Source of the DNA: a virus
Length of the DNA: 64,000 nt
Strand: one strand, 5' to 3'
Virus record (IMG/VR): IMGVR_UViG_3300045988_125874
Of this stretch, positions 30,423 to 38,574 are shown piece by piece. Made by a program: the position numbers and the translations under genes. The notes beneath the pieces were generated by a model. It searched no databases, was not told the origin of the DNA, and saw only the letters and a list, made by a program, of their open reading frames with translations. Numbering within the stretch: the first letter of the stretch is position 1; each line of letters begins with the position of its first letter.

Positions 30423-31278
30423 ATCTCAACTTGACTAATGATTTATAATCAGGGACAAAACGAACCACATCACCAATGTGATAATCCGAAACATGGTCAC
30501 ATTGCATTATTGTATATTCGCTGGAGCTATCTACATACTTCAAATTGGTATAATAGGGAATTCTGCATTTAGCCATGTCCGCCATTGAATAACCGCAATC
30601 GAGAATGAGTTGATTACGCTCTGGATAGATGCCTATTATTCTTGTTTGTAGTTCTATCCCATTAAAGCCTTTTTTCTCTTCATTATTGCAATATGGAATA
30701 GTGCCAAACAGCATATATTCTCCTATTCGCACATCACTTATGAAGTTTGGAAGTTTGTCATACTGTCCGAGCCAAAAACTTCCTCCTAAACTGATGGATT
30801 CAATATATCCTTTTAGGTTGTCCCAGATGTCGTATAATCGCGACATTGGCGGGTATTTGTCATTGAGGCAACCGGAAGTAATCATACCGTATATATGAGC
30901 ATCTGAAAGCATCCTTATTTCGTTAGCTAGTTTGCTTGCTTCATAAATGCTTAAACCTTCTCTGTTATCGTAAGCGTCAATTGGAATGTAGTAGTTGTGT
31001 ATTCCTTGGCAACCCTCTCCATTAATAGTGAGATATTTCCAAGAGTCAGCAAATGATGTTACTACTGCACCTATATTATCTTTTGTCGCTTTCCCAATAG
31101 AATAACATACGCTATCTTTCAAATGTAACCCGAAAATCTTATTTCTTATTTTATCCGCTATATGCTCATGAATATCTTCATAGAAGTCCTTAAACATTAA
31201 TGAAATGGGAACATTAACAAACGATTGCGCCTTTTCAATGTTCTCTATTATATTCTTGGTATAGACAATAACTTTCAT
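30400..31278 (-). CDS. Fold-type III PLP enzyme, alanine-racemase-N/YhfX-like (predicted amino-acid racemase family)
   Basis: IPIDAYDNREGLSIYEASKLANEIRMLSDAHIYGMITSGC...ISLGGSFWLG...VRIGEYMLFG...LILDCGYSMADM resembles Ala_racemase_N/COG3457 motifs. Confidence 0.5.
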   Translation of the reverse strand: MKVIVYTKNIIENIEKAQSFVNVPISLMFKDFYEDIHEHIADKIRNKIFGLHLKDSVCYSIGKATKDNIGAVVTSFADSWKYLTINGEGCQGIHNYYIPIDAYDNREGLSIYEASKLANEIRMLSDAHIYGMITSGCLNDKYPPMSRLYDIWDNLKGYIESISLGGSFWLGQYDKLPNFISDVRIGEYMLFGTIPYCNNEEKKGFNGIELQTRIIGIYPERNQLILDCGYSMADMAKCRIPYYTNLKYVDSSSEYTIMQCDHVSDYHIGDVVRFVPDYKSLVKLRYAEHEYR

Positions 31279-32174
31279 AGCTCCCACTTTAAGATTAAAC
31301 GTTCAATCCCTTTGTATTTGGTATCACGTTTGAACGAGAACCCGGCATTGGTAAAACTCTTGATACTTGCTTCATTTTTGGGTGAGGTCATGGCAAATAC
31401 CTCTTGTGCACCGTTTGAAACCAATTTTGCAAGATTAGCATTGAGTAGAATGTACTGAAAGCTATTACCCCTATAATCTGAACGAACGAAACATTTATCT
31501 ACGTAGGCAGTACCGTATTCAGTGAAATATGCAAGCGAATAAGCAACCAGCTTATCATTTGTCAATAATCCGTAACTGCAACCAGATTGCAAGCACTTGA
31601 CTATATCTTCCGGTTCCGAAGCGAAACACATATCAGGATCAGAGAGCAACTTTTGCTCAATTTCTTCTATGGTAGTAATGTCAGACATAGATAAAGCTTT
31701 CACTTGCATATTGTATTCTATGCTTCCTTTATGCGTCGGGAACAATGGTTCGTAACGGTCAATCCATGCTTTAGAAAGGAATGTGTCTATATCGACTTTA
31801 GGCAATAATGCTTTTCTATAATTGTCGAAAATGTCTAGTACAAATTCTTTATGCTTAGTAAGTTGCTCATTTTTCAACGGACATTTACTGCTACGGAAAA
31901 CAAGACCTTTTTTTACCGACTTTACCCACAAAGGATAAGTTCTACACATGATAGGTTTGTAGCCATTATCACATGATTTACAGTCTTTAGCGATACATTT
32001 AATCTTTTTACCGCCAAAGTAATCATCATCTATAATCTGTAAATGGGAGATTTCTTTTTCATACCCGTCAAGTTCATGGGGGAGAATTACAATATGTCCG
32101 TCCGATCCGAACGAACAACACTTCCAACCGCAGCCGGAGTTTTCACATGCTCTTATTAGTCCTTTTTCGTCCAT
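31275..32174 (-). CDS. YkgJ-type Cys-cluster domain fused to a GNAT acetyltransferase domain
   Basis: N-terminus: CENSGCGWKCCSF...KPIMCRTYPLW (CxxCxxCC ... CR.YP). C-terminus: FVRSDYRGNSFQYILLNANL...AMTSPKNEASIKSFTNAGF (GNAT motif A region). Confidence 0.6.
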   Translation of the reverse strand: MDEKGLIRACENSGCGWKCCSFGSDGHIVILPHELDGYEKEISHLQIIDDDYFGGKKIKCIAKDCKSCDNGYKPIMCRTYPLWVKSVKKGLVFRSSKCPLKNEQLTKHKEFVLDIFDNYRKALLPKVDIDTFLSKAWIDRYEPLFPTHKGSIEYNMQVKALSMSDITTIEEIEQKLLSDPDMCFASEPEDIVKCLQSGCSYGLLTNDKLVAYSLAYFTEYGTAYVDKCFVRSDYRGNSFQYILLNANLAKLVSNGAQEVFAMTSPKNEASIKSFTNAGFSFKRDTKYKGIERLILKWEL

Positions 32175-32217
32175 ATATTTAGGTTGTATATAACTTCATA
32201 TACATTTTGCGTTAAAT

Positions 32218-32243
32218 GCCTGTCGAGCGTATTCCCGACAGGC
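32218..32243 (-). terminator. 8-bp GC-rich hairpin between the tRNA-like array and the enzyme cassette (terminator or processing signal)
   Basis: gcctgtcg-N10-cgacaggc. Confidence 0.35.
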
Positions 32244-32399
32244 CTAAATACAAATCCATCATTTTTCAAGCTACTTGCAAGAACACTTATGCAATCTATT
32301 CGGCTTCTTTACAGTCGTGTCAGATGGCAATTTCCATCACCCCGTAAACTGCACAAGCTTTAATGCTCTTGTTTTCGCTTATCGCTACTATAAGGGTTG

Positions 32400-32586
32400 A
32401 GGGATAAGCAGGATTCGAACCTGCACAAGTATCGTCTGCTTTCTCGTTTTCGTCCGTAGATTGGTTATCCTACGATCTTTAAACTACTCGACCTGTTACT
32501 AACAGCCGGTCTTGATGACATCCATTCTTATGTACACTTGGAACTTCCGTTCATTTAGTCTTAGCTCCCTATGACCATTTTATCCC
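32400..32586 (-). tRNA. Oversize tRNA-like gene (187 nt): perfect acceptor halves and a canonical T-arm, with ~110 nt excess internal sequence
   Basis: 5' GGGATAA (rc of 32580-32586) is fully complementary to 3' TTATCCC, which follows GCAGG-TTCGAAT-CCTGC. The internal region holds several hairpins, including GAAC-GGAA-GTTC. No anticodon could be assigned. Confidence 0.35.
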
Positions 32587-32590
32587 TTAG

Positions 32591-32741
32591 TAGTGGTAGC
32601 AGGATTCGAACCTGCATGATAGGAGTTATTTTGCTGTTACATTTAAAAACAGCCATGCCCGTTTATTTTTACAACCTTAGCCTAGGGTTAACCTATCTAT
32701 AAACATGTCACTTTAGCGTCTACTAATTCCGCCATACCACC
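32591..32741 (-). tRNA. Oversize tRNA-Leu-like gene (151 nt) with ~65-70 nt extra sequence between the D-arm and T-arm
   Basis: The 5' half GGTGGTATGGCGGAATTAGTAGACGC is close to the bacterial tRNA-Leu acceptor/D-arm. The 3' half is GCAGGTTCGAATCCTGC-TACCACT-A (A73). Acceptor 7/7 paired (one G-U). The middle region is 99 nt versus about 33 expected. Confidence 0.45.
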
Positions 32742-32785
32742 AAATTTGCGTGTCTTTCCACGCTGTCAGATTGTTTGCAGTACCA

Positions 32786-32861
32786 ACTAAATGCAAGGAA
32801 TCGAACCTTGTCGCTTACTTTACACAACCTCAATCAACGAGCCGAGTTTAACGGCATTCGA
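32786..32861 (-). tRNA. tRNA-like gene, normal length (~76 nt), imperfect stems, anticodon loop compatible with UGA (Ser)
   Basis: T-arm CAAGG-TTCGATT-CCTTG. D-like hairpin GCCG-TTAAACT-CGGC. Loop (A/G)TTGA(G/T). One acceptor mismatch, and the D hairpin abuts the acceptor strand. Confidence 0.35.
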
Positions 32862-32930
32862 GCGGAAACAGGGAATCGAACCCCACTCTTTGGCTGGAAT
32901 GCCAACGCTCTACCGATGAGCTATTTCCGC
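32861..32930 (-). tRNA. tRNA-like gene, 70 nt, near-canonical cloverleaf but with a 6-nt anticodon loop ATTCCA (UCC-Gly or CCA-Trp)
   Basis: GCGGAAA-TA-GCTC-ATCGGTA-GAGC-G-TTGGC-ATTCCA-GCCAA-AGAG-TGGGG-TTCGATT-CCCTG-TTTCCGC-T. Confidence 0.55.
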
Positions 32931-32990
32931 AAATGCCTATGCTGTCAAACCACCGCTTGCTTGGCAAATTTGACAGCATCCCATCAAACG

Positions 32991-33371
32991 CTATTGACGG
33001 TTGGCTAATAATTCCGGATTGTCATAAATATTACCTGCATATCTAATTCCGAACATATCTATCATTTGTCCTATTGGTTTGTTCCCAAGATTTTGAGACA
33101 GAACTTCTAATAGCACAAAAGAACCGATTTTATCACTATACACTACCTCACATAATACGCCAGCACATTCAACTAAATCATGCTCATATATTTCTTTCCC
33201 GCTCTTGTCACACAAGCCGGTGAACTGCCCAAGAGTATTTTCGTCTATTTTTTCAACGTCATTATCGTGCAACCAAGTTCCATCTCCATCTTGAATAAGC
33301 GTATAAGAATCTCTTATCCATCCCTTACCATCAATGCGCTTCCCTCTAAACTTAATCCTTCTCATACTCAA
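32991..33371 (-). CDS. YopX family protein
   Basis: IKFRGKRIDGKGW...LGQFTGLCDKSGKEIYEHDLV...AGNIYDNPELL is the YopX signature. Confidence 0.8.
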   Translation of the reverse strand: MSMRRIKFRGKRIDGKGWIRDSYTLIQDGDGTWLHDNDVEKIDENTLGQFTGLCDKSGKEIYEHDLVECAGVLCEVVYSDKIGSFVLLEVLSQNLGNKPIGQMIDMFGIRYAGNIYDNPELLANRQ

Positions 33372-33772
33372 AATAAACTTGCTTGTTCGTATTTAGGTTC
33401 CTTTTTCTCAACTACTCCGAACTCTGTTATTTCAATGCCAGTCTTTTCAGTAAGCCATTTTGCCAAAATATGACGATGGCAGAAATCACCCGGTTTTTCG
33501 TAACAGCATAGAGCGACATCTTTACCTTCACTGTGTCGTTGGATAGTTTGAATCAATTCTTGCGGATTGACTTTTGCAAGAACATCATTCAAATACATAC
33601 TCGTGTACTCTTCATAAGTCCATTTGTCATCTAACATATATCTTCTTGGTGCAACCTCTATAATTTGAGGTGCGTTATAAAATTTTGGTCTGCCTAAAGC
33701 GACACATATCATTTTGATGTTCGCTGCTGCCAGTTTTCTGTAATTTCCAAAATATGATGTATAAATCCTCAT
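33368..33772 (-). CDS. DUF488-like protein
   Basis: MRIYTSYFGNYRKL...VALCCYEKPGDFCHRHILAKWL. ATG at 33772 is preferred (the track start would overlap the promoter motif). Confidence 0.5.
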   Translation of the reverse strand: MRIYTSYFGNYRKLAAANIKMICVALGRPKFYNAPQIIEVAPRRYMLDDKWTYEEYTSMYLNDVLAKVNPQELIQTIQRHSEGKDVALCCYEKPGDFCHRHILAKWLTEKTGIEITEFGVVEKKEPKYEQASLF

Positions 33773-33788
33773 TGCTTTAATTTTATGG

Positions 33789-33827
33789 TGTAAAGATACA
33801 AAAAGTGGCGTAAATTCAATCACTTTT
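33789..33827 (-). promoter_or_regulatory. -7 box (TATCTTTACA) plus copy 3 of the 27-bp dyad motif
   Basis: tgtaaagata at 33789-33798; aaaagtggcgtaaattcaatcactttt at 33801-33827. Confidence 0.6.
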
Positions 33828-33841
33828 AGTCATAAATTTGT

Positions 33842-34027
33842 CTAATTTGATAATTTTATTGTCTCAACTTTATAGCACCTCATCATGTGGTCTGTTTCGC
33901 GTCCCATATTGAATGTTTTGCCAAGATAGTACATGTGAGCTTCTTCCTCTGGTAGGTTGATAGGAGTGACAAACCAATCTTTATTACCTTGTTCGTCTTT
34001 TAAATACACTTTTACTGTTGTTTTCAT
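33842..34027 (-). CDS. Hypothetical protein (61 aa)
   Basis: ORF track, trimmed to the ATG at 34027 (MKTTVKVY), which carries the AGAGCAATG context. Confidence 0.5.
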   Translation of the reverse strand: MKTTVKVYLKDEQGNKDWFVTPINLPEEEAHMYYLGKTFNMGRETDHMMRCYKVETIKLSN

Positions 34028-34052
34028 TGCTCTATGTTTTATAAAAGTAGGG

Positions 34053-34238
34053 TTAATCAATATTCTCAATTAATTTAAGAACAAGATATTCTGGTGAAAC
34101 ACCTTTGATTTCACAAAAATCGAGGACGTCTTCTTTTTTGATATTTGAGATTTCAACTCCTCGAATAGTCATTTTTTTTGTTTGGATTGTTTTTTCATTG
34201 CAATCCATACGCTTGAATCTGTTTTTGTAATCATTCAT
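34053..34238 (-). CDS. Hypothetical protein (61 aa)
   Basis: ORF track. Confidence 0.45.
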   Translation of the reverse strand: MNDYKNRFKRMDCNEKTIQTKKMTIRGVEISNIKKEDVLDFCEIKGVSPEYLVLKLIENID

Positions 34239-34264
34239 AATTTACACTTTTACCGTTGTTTATA

Positions 34265-34696
34265 TTAAAATGAAGGGTCGATATAATGGCTCTGATAATG
34301 GAGCATCAATAATACTCCATCTTTATACGGTTGTCCTTCCATAACCCAATATCCATTTCTTCTTTTGGTAAACACTTTTTCTTCTCCTTCAAGTTCTGGT
34401 AGAATTTCATATTTCCCATCGTAATAGTCAATGCATCTCGTCTGGTTACAAGTGACTTCAATTTTGCAAGGAGAAATTATTTTTGTTACTGTAGCTGCGC
34501 GTTTATCAGAGTAATAGCAAATTGTACAGCCTAGACCAAGCTCTGGTATAAGGTTCTTAATAGCTTCCATTCGTTCTTTATCTTTTTCTTGTCTCCATTT
34601 GAAAAAGTTTTTTTCGTCCGATGGGCACTCTCTTTTTTCTATTTCATGAAGAATTGCAAAACTTTCTTTGCTTGTTAATTTACTCAATGTTTTCAT
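34265..34696 (-). CDS. Hypothetical protein (143 aa)
   Basis: ORF track; AGAGCAATG start context. Confidence 0.55.
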   Translation of the reverse strand: MKTLSKLTSKESFAILHEIEKRECPSDEKNFFKWRQEKDKERMEAIKNLIPELGLGCTICYYSDKRAATVTKIISPCKIEVTCNQTRCIDYYDGKYEILPELEGEEKVFTKRRNGYWVMEGQPYKDGVLLMLHYQSHYIDPSF

Positions 34697-34707
34697 TGCT
34701 CTATATT

Positions 34708-34992
34708 TTATCCGTTATACGTTGCTGTTATTTCTTTAGCATGAAGTTCTTTTCTCAACTCACCGTTCTTGTATATTCTTACAGATACGATTCTAACCGT
34801 ATCGGATAGGAAACGTCCACAGTCTTTTGTTACCTTTTGCTCTAACTTAAGTGCCTTCGCTAAATCTTTGGTACGCTTTTTTATGGTGCTCTTGAATCCG
34901 AAGACGAAATCTTCGGTGTCAATCTCGAACTGATAGGTGTCAGAGTGTAATATCTGGTTAAGTTCGGATGTCATTCGTTGTATTTTGCTCAT
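34708..34992 (-). CDS. Hypothetical protein (94 aa)
   Basis: ORF track. Confidence 0.5.
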   Translation of the reverse strand: MSKIQRMTSELNQILHSDTYQFEIDTEDFVFGFKSTIKKRTKDLAKALKLEQKVTKDCGRFLSDTVRIVSVRIYKNGELRKELHAKEITATYNG

Positions 34993-35003
34993 TGATTTAT
35001 GCT

Positions 35004-35228
35004 TTAAAATTCAACAATTGCAATTTCATATTCAAGACCTGAAAGAACACCTTCAATCAAAGATTGCATTTGTTCCATTTCTTCCAACTCTGTTTCTTCA
35101 AACTCTTTTGATTCCCAGATGTTCGATGCAGTCCATTCACCATTCTCTGAAAGGAAGCGATTATCTTCTATTCTCCAATAACCATTTCTCGCATCTCTTA
35201 AACTGATTTCAACTTCTATCTTTTTCAT
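35004..35228 (-). CDS. Hypothetical acidic protein (74 aa)
   Basis: ORF track; AGAGCAATG start context. Confidence 0.5.
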   Translation of the reverse strand: MKKIEVEISLRDARNGYWRIEDNRFLSENGEWTASNIWESKEFEETELEEMEQMQSLIEGVLSGLEYEIAIVEF

Positions 35229-35333
35229 TGCTCTTATTGATTAATTTGTTATTTTTGATATGTAAAGATACAAATAATATATTGATTACCAATAAGTTAA
35301 ATTAGAAATATGCATGGCTTAAACTTTGTTTAA

Positions 35334-35573
35334 CTATTTCATTTTCAAGTACTTCGATGTAATAATAGACTTGCTTTTCTCTATCTCCTTGTCGATGTCA
35401 ATTCCAAGTTGACGATAGAACGAGCCTTTTCCGGAAAGGCTTTCACTTGCTATTTTTAAGGTTCTTTGCTCTTCTTTGGTAAATCCTATGCGAAAGGTGG
35501 AGAAAATTGCTAGTGCGGCTTTAAAATCACCGCACTGGAGTAGTGAAATAGCTTTGTTGGTTTTCGTTTCCAT
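35334..35573 (-). CDS. Hypothetical protein (79 aa)
   Basis: ORF track. Confidence 0.5.
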   Translation of the reverse strand: METKTNKAISLLQCGDFKAALAIFSTFRIGFTKEEQRTLKIASESLSGKGSFYRQLGIDIDKEIEKSKSIITSKYLKMK

Positions 35574-35830
35574 TAATCTATGAGTATTTCCGATCCAATC
35601 ATTTTATTTGCTCTACTAGCATTTACAAAATAAAAGCGTCCCTTAGAAACATAACTGTCTTCTGATGTGTACACTTTTATAGCGTAGTATTGTCTTTGAG
35701 CTTGTGAATAACATATTTCCCAGATTGTTTTCCATTTGACAATAAACTTATTGCCTTTTGCTAGTTCTTGTTCTATTTCATCTGATCTGAATTTAATACC
35801 GGCTAGTACTAGTATATTTTTATTTTTCAT
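35573..35830 (-). CDS. Hypothetical protein (~85 aa)
   Basis: ORF track, trimmed to the ATG at 35830 (MKNKNILVLAG). Confidence 0.45.
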   Translation of the reverse strand: MKNKNILVLAGIKFRSDEIEQELAKGNKFIVKWKTIWEICYSQAQRQYYAIKVYTSEDSYVSKGRFYFVNASRANKMIGSEILID

Positions 35831-36470
35831 CTCCCCATAACTTTTTAGCCAGATCATATTTTTTTTGCAACTCATTCACTTCCTTTTTGGCATAAGTGAG
35901 GGCGTAAGAGTGACTACGTGGATATTTTCCGGACATCACACCTTCATGGTATTCTTTCGCTTGTTCCAACTTGTGTTCGTAGAAGTCAATACTTTCCGGC
36001 ATAGAAAGATTGATCGTTTCAGCGCGTTTTTCCCAGTACTTGGCTACTCTTTCATGTTCGGCAGCTTTATCACTAAGCTCGACGCTTTTCCCCATATTAT
36101 TCCAGGCGTCATCTATCATTTTACGATGTCCTCGTTCGCTATGGTGTCCTACTTTGATAGGCTCACCCAAAGAAAGGAAATCCCGATGTTTGTTTGATTT
36201 CTGAAAATATTCATCGCTCTTTTGTGCTGCTGATAATGCCCATTCATGCCTGCGTTCCGCTCTTTGCCTTGCCCATTCTTGTACATTGAAACCATCTGCT
36301 CTGACGATGGAATAGTAGTAAAAGCCACTTTTTTCGGCTATCAGATTAAAAACTATGCAAGCATTTTCTTTGCCATACTTGGTTGTAACTAGAATTTCTT
36401 CGCCTCTTTCGTGCTTCTCTTCGCACTTTGCCAAAAATACGTTTGGCGCAAATTTGTAATATGTGTTCAT
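35820..36470 (-). CDS. DUF3560-domain protein
   Basis: LSLGEPIKVGHHSERGHRKMIDDAWNNMGKSVE matches the DUF3560 core (GePIlVGHHSE.rHR). Confidence 0.6.
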   Translation of the reverse strand: MNTYYKFAPNVFLAKCEEKHERGEEILVTTKYGKENACIVFNLIAEKSGFYYYSIVRADGFNVQEWARQRAERRHEWALSAAQKSDEYFQKSNKHRDFLSLGEPIKVGHHSERGHRKMIDDAWNNMGKSVELSDKAAEHERVAKYWEKRAETINLSMPESIDFYEHKLEQAKEYHEGVMSGKYPRSHSYALTYAKKEVNELQKKYDLAKKLWGDEK

Positions 36471-36513
36471 TGCTCTTATGTGTTATATAGGGCTTTCGCG
36501 CTGTTGGTTAAAC

Positions 36514-36705
36514 TTATGCTAAATCTATCGCTCTTGCAGGAACCCCAATCATCGTCCATGTCTTACCGTTTTTTAGATAGTCAACAGAATATTCTGTTTC
36601 CCAAGTACAAATGTTTGTATCAACATTTGATATTACTCCTTTTACATTACCGTTTTTTGTAGTAACTATAACAGATTGTCCTTTCTTAAATTCTGAAGTT
36701 TTCAT
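36514..36705 (-). CDS. Hypothetical protein (63 aa)
   Basis: ORF track; preceded by promoter/leader copy B. Confidence 0.5.
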   Translation of the reverse strand: MKTSEFKKGQSVIVTTKNGNVKGVISNVDTNICTWETEYSVDYLKNGKTWTMIGVPARAIDLA

Positions 36706-36784
36706 TGCTCTTATCTTTTAATTGTTAGTATTATTGGTTTCTTTTAGTGTTGTAAAGATACTCATTATCAATGAGTTAACCAAA
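36699..36784 (-). promoter_or_regulatory. 86-bp promoter/leader module, copy B (near-identical to 24774-24859)
   Basis: Contains the palindrome CTCATTGATAATGAG between TTTG and the -7 box TATCTTTACA. Confidence 0.65.
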
Positions 36785-36842
36785 ACAAAACAATCTAAAA
36801 ACTTTTACTTAAACTTTGTTTAACTTATTGAGTAACAGTTGC

Positions 36843-37493
36843 TTAGTCTGTTAATCTGAATTCGTAAGCAAATACATAAGGATTGGATTGAAAAACTCCT
36901 TTGCCGGAAACTTTGTCTATCAGGACAGCAAAGGCTTCTTTGGGGTTCTTAAACCACTGGGAAGCGAAATAACCGTTTTCTCCATTCAAAAAGGCATCAT
37001 AGGCGTAAATAAGTGGGGATTCATCAGATATTACCTCTTGCCTAACAATCCCCTCTTTCAAGCAATCTTCATCGGATATATCCTGCAAACGCTCTATTTT
37101 TACATTGGTTATCTTTATGTGATGCTTACAAGCATACGACTTAACGAACATTTTGTTATTCCATCCTGCGGAATTCTTCATGAGGCCACGAACGCTTAAA
37201 TCTTTCGGATGCCTGTCTAGTGAGTCTGGGGAATAGCCTGAATCTTTGTAGCTTTGCGCAATGGCAATAATCTCCCCAACCTTGTACGATGAATTGTCAA
37301 TAAAAAACTCTTTTTCATCATAATATTGTCGTGTCGTAGGTGTATTTTCAACACTTACGCTGTTGCAAAAATCATCGTAATCAGTCCATTTATCTAATAG
37401 TTTTTCACTTACAATCCTTCTCGTCATAGTCTTTCGACCATCCAATACAGCTTGGGTTAAGCCGAATTCATCTGAAAACATAATTTTCTTCAT
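36843..37493 (-). CDS. ASCH-domain-like protein
   Basis: N-terminus MKKIMFSDEFGLTQAVLDGRKTMTRRIV resembles the ASCH/PUA-like start. Confidence 0.45.
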   Translation of the reverse strand: MKKIMFSDEFGLTQAVLDGRKTMTRRIVSEKLLDKWTDYDDFCNSVSVENTPTTRQYYDEKEFFIDNSSYKVGEIIAIAQSYKDSGYSPDSLDRHPKDLSVRGLMKNSAGWNNKMFVKSYACKHHIKITNVKIERLQDISDEDCLKEGIVRQEVISDESPLIYAYDAFLNGENGYFASQWFKNPKEAFAVLIDKVSGKGVFQSNPYVFAYEFRLTD

Positions 37494-37495
37494 GA

Positions 37496-37870
37496 TTATT
37501 CCTCCCATTCTACTCTAACTGTTGTTATGTATGTAACATCTTTTTCATTGACTTTCATACGCATGGCTTCTTCTTTTGATTTGTGAACCGCTCCAATACA
37601 TCTTTCCATGAATGTTTCATATATATTTATCCATCCTTCTTTCTTTTCTCCCACCATGCATAAATCGGTAGGACTGTCTTTTTCTCCATCAGAAAATCGT
37701 CCTTTTTTAGTAAAAGAAGCGGGATATTCTTTGCCATCCTCGCCTTCAAGTAGAGCAACAATAGGGAATCTATTGTTATTTGCATCAAAACATACAATTC
37801 TAGCTCTAAATCCTTCTCTTGTGCATAGAGGCGCACCTGCTTTTGCTTTTTCTAAATCAAATGTTTTCAT
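37496..37870 (-). CDS. Hypothetical protein (124 aa)
   Basis: ORF track. Confidence 0.55.
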   Translation of the reverse strand: MKTFDLEKAKAGAPLCTREGFRARIVCFDANNNRFPIVALLEGEDGKEYPASFTKKGRFSDGEKDSPTDLCMVGEKKEGWINIYETFMERCIGAVHKSKEEAMRMKVNEKDVTYITTVRVEWEE

Positions 37871-37881
37871 AATTTTGTATT

Positions 37882-38172
37882 TTATATTAGTTCAACTGCT
37901 TTCTGTATTCCAGCTTCCAATGCTTCTTCATAGGTATCCCACTGACCGCCATCGTTAGGACCGTCAAATATTCCATCGGTTATATGAGTTCCATTGTCAG
38001 CTTTGCATATATCATAGCCATAACCGCAAGCGTTTCTAATGATGGAAATATGTAGGTTATTTGTTTCACGAAGCCATTTCTGGGCTAATGATTGTGTTGG
38101 GAAATGATAATAGTTAAAGCCTTTTTGCAATAATATATTCAAAGTGTTTATCGGTATAAGTTTATCTTCCAT
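37882..38172 (-). CDS. Hypothetical protein (96 aa)
   Basis: ORF track. Confidence 0.5.
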   Translation of the reverse strand: MEDKLIPINTLNILLQKGFNYYHFPTQSLAQKWLRETNNLHISIIRNACGYGYDICKADNGTHITDGIFDGPNDGGQWDTYEEALEAGIQKAVELI

Positions 38173-38173
38173 T

Positions 38174-38572
38174 TTATTCCTCCTTTCCTTTAAAGTGTTC
38201 CATTAGCTCTTCTATGGAAGCCTTGTGAATTTCTCTGTTATATCTATTAAGATAATACTTAATAGTTTCATCGCACATTTCAACCCCACATTTAAACCAT
38301 AAGTTCCCATCAGTAAAACATTGGTTCTTGTTAGTGTCATCCCTCAATGCGGCTATTGCAAGGAACAAAGTCTCATTAGTTCCGCAATGAATATACCCAT
38401 TACATTGTTCAGGAGGAAATGGAACATCAATTCCAAACATCTCATCATTGTCTGTCGCTAAAAAATAATCGTTTATATACCTTTCATTTCCTATTTTATA
38501 CCCTAAACGAACTAACTTATCTCGAAGCTCCGGTGTGTTTTTGAGTATAAACGCAGGTGTTGTAAATCCCAT
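38174..38572 (-). CDS. Hypothetical protein (132 aa)
   Basis: ORF track. Confidence 0.55.
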   Translation of the reverse strand: MGFTTPAFILKNTPELRDKLVRLGYKIGNERYINDYFLATDNDEMFGIDVPFPPEQCNGYIHCGTNETLFLAIAALRDDTNKNQCFTDGNLWFKCGVEMCDETIKYYLNRYNREIHKASIEELMEHFKGKEE

Positions 38573-38574
38573 AG

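Noticed and set aside
37627-37836. 69-aa minus-strand ORF nested in 37496-37870.
   Set aside because: It is an alternate frame entirely inside a longer, better ORF.
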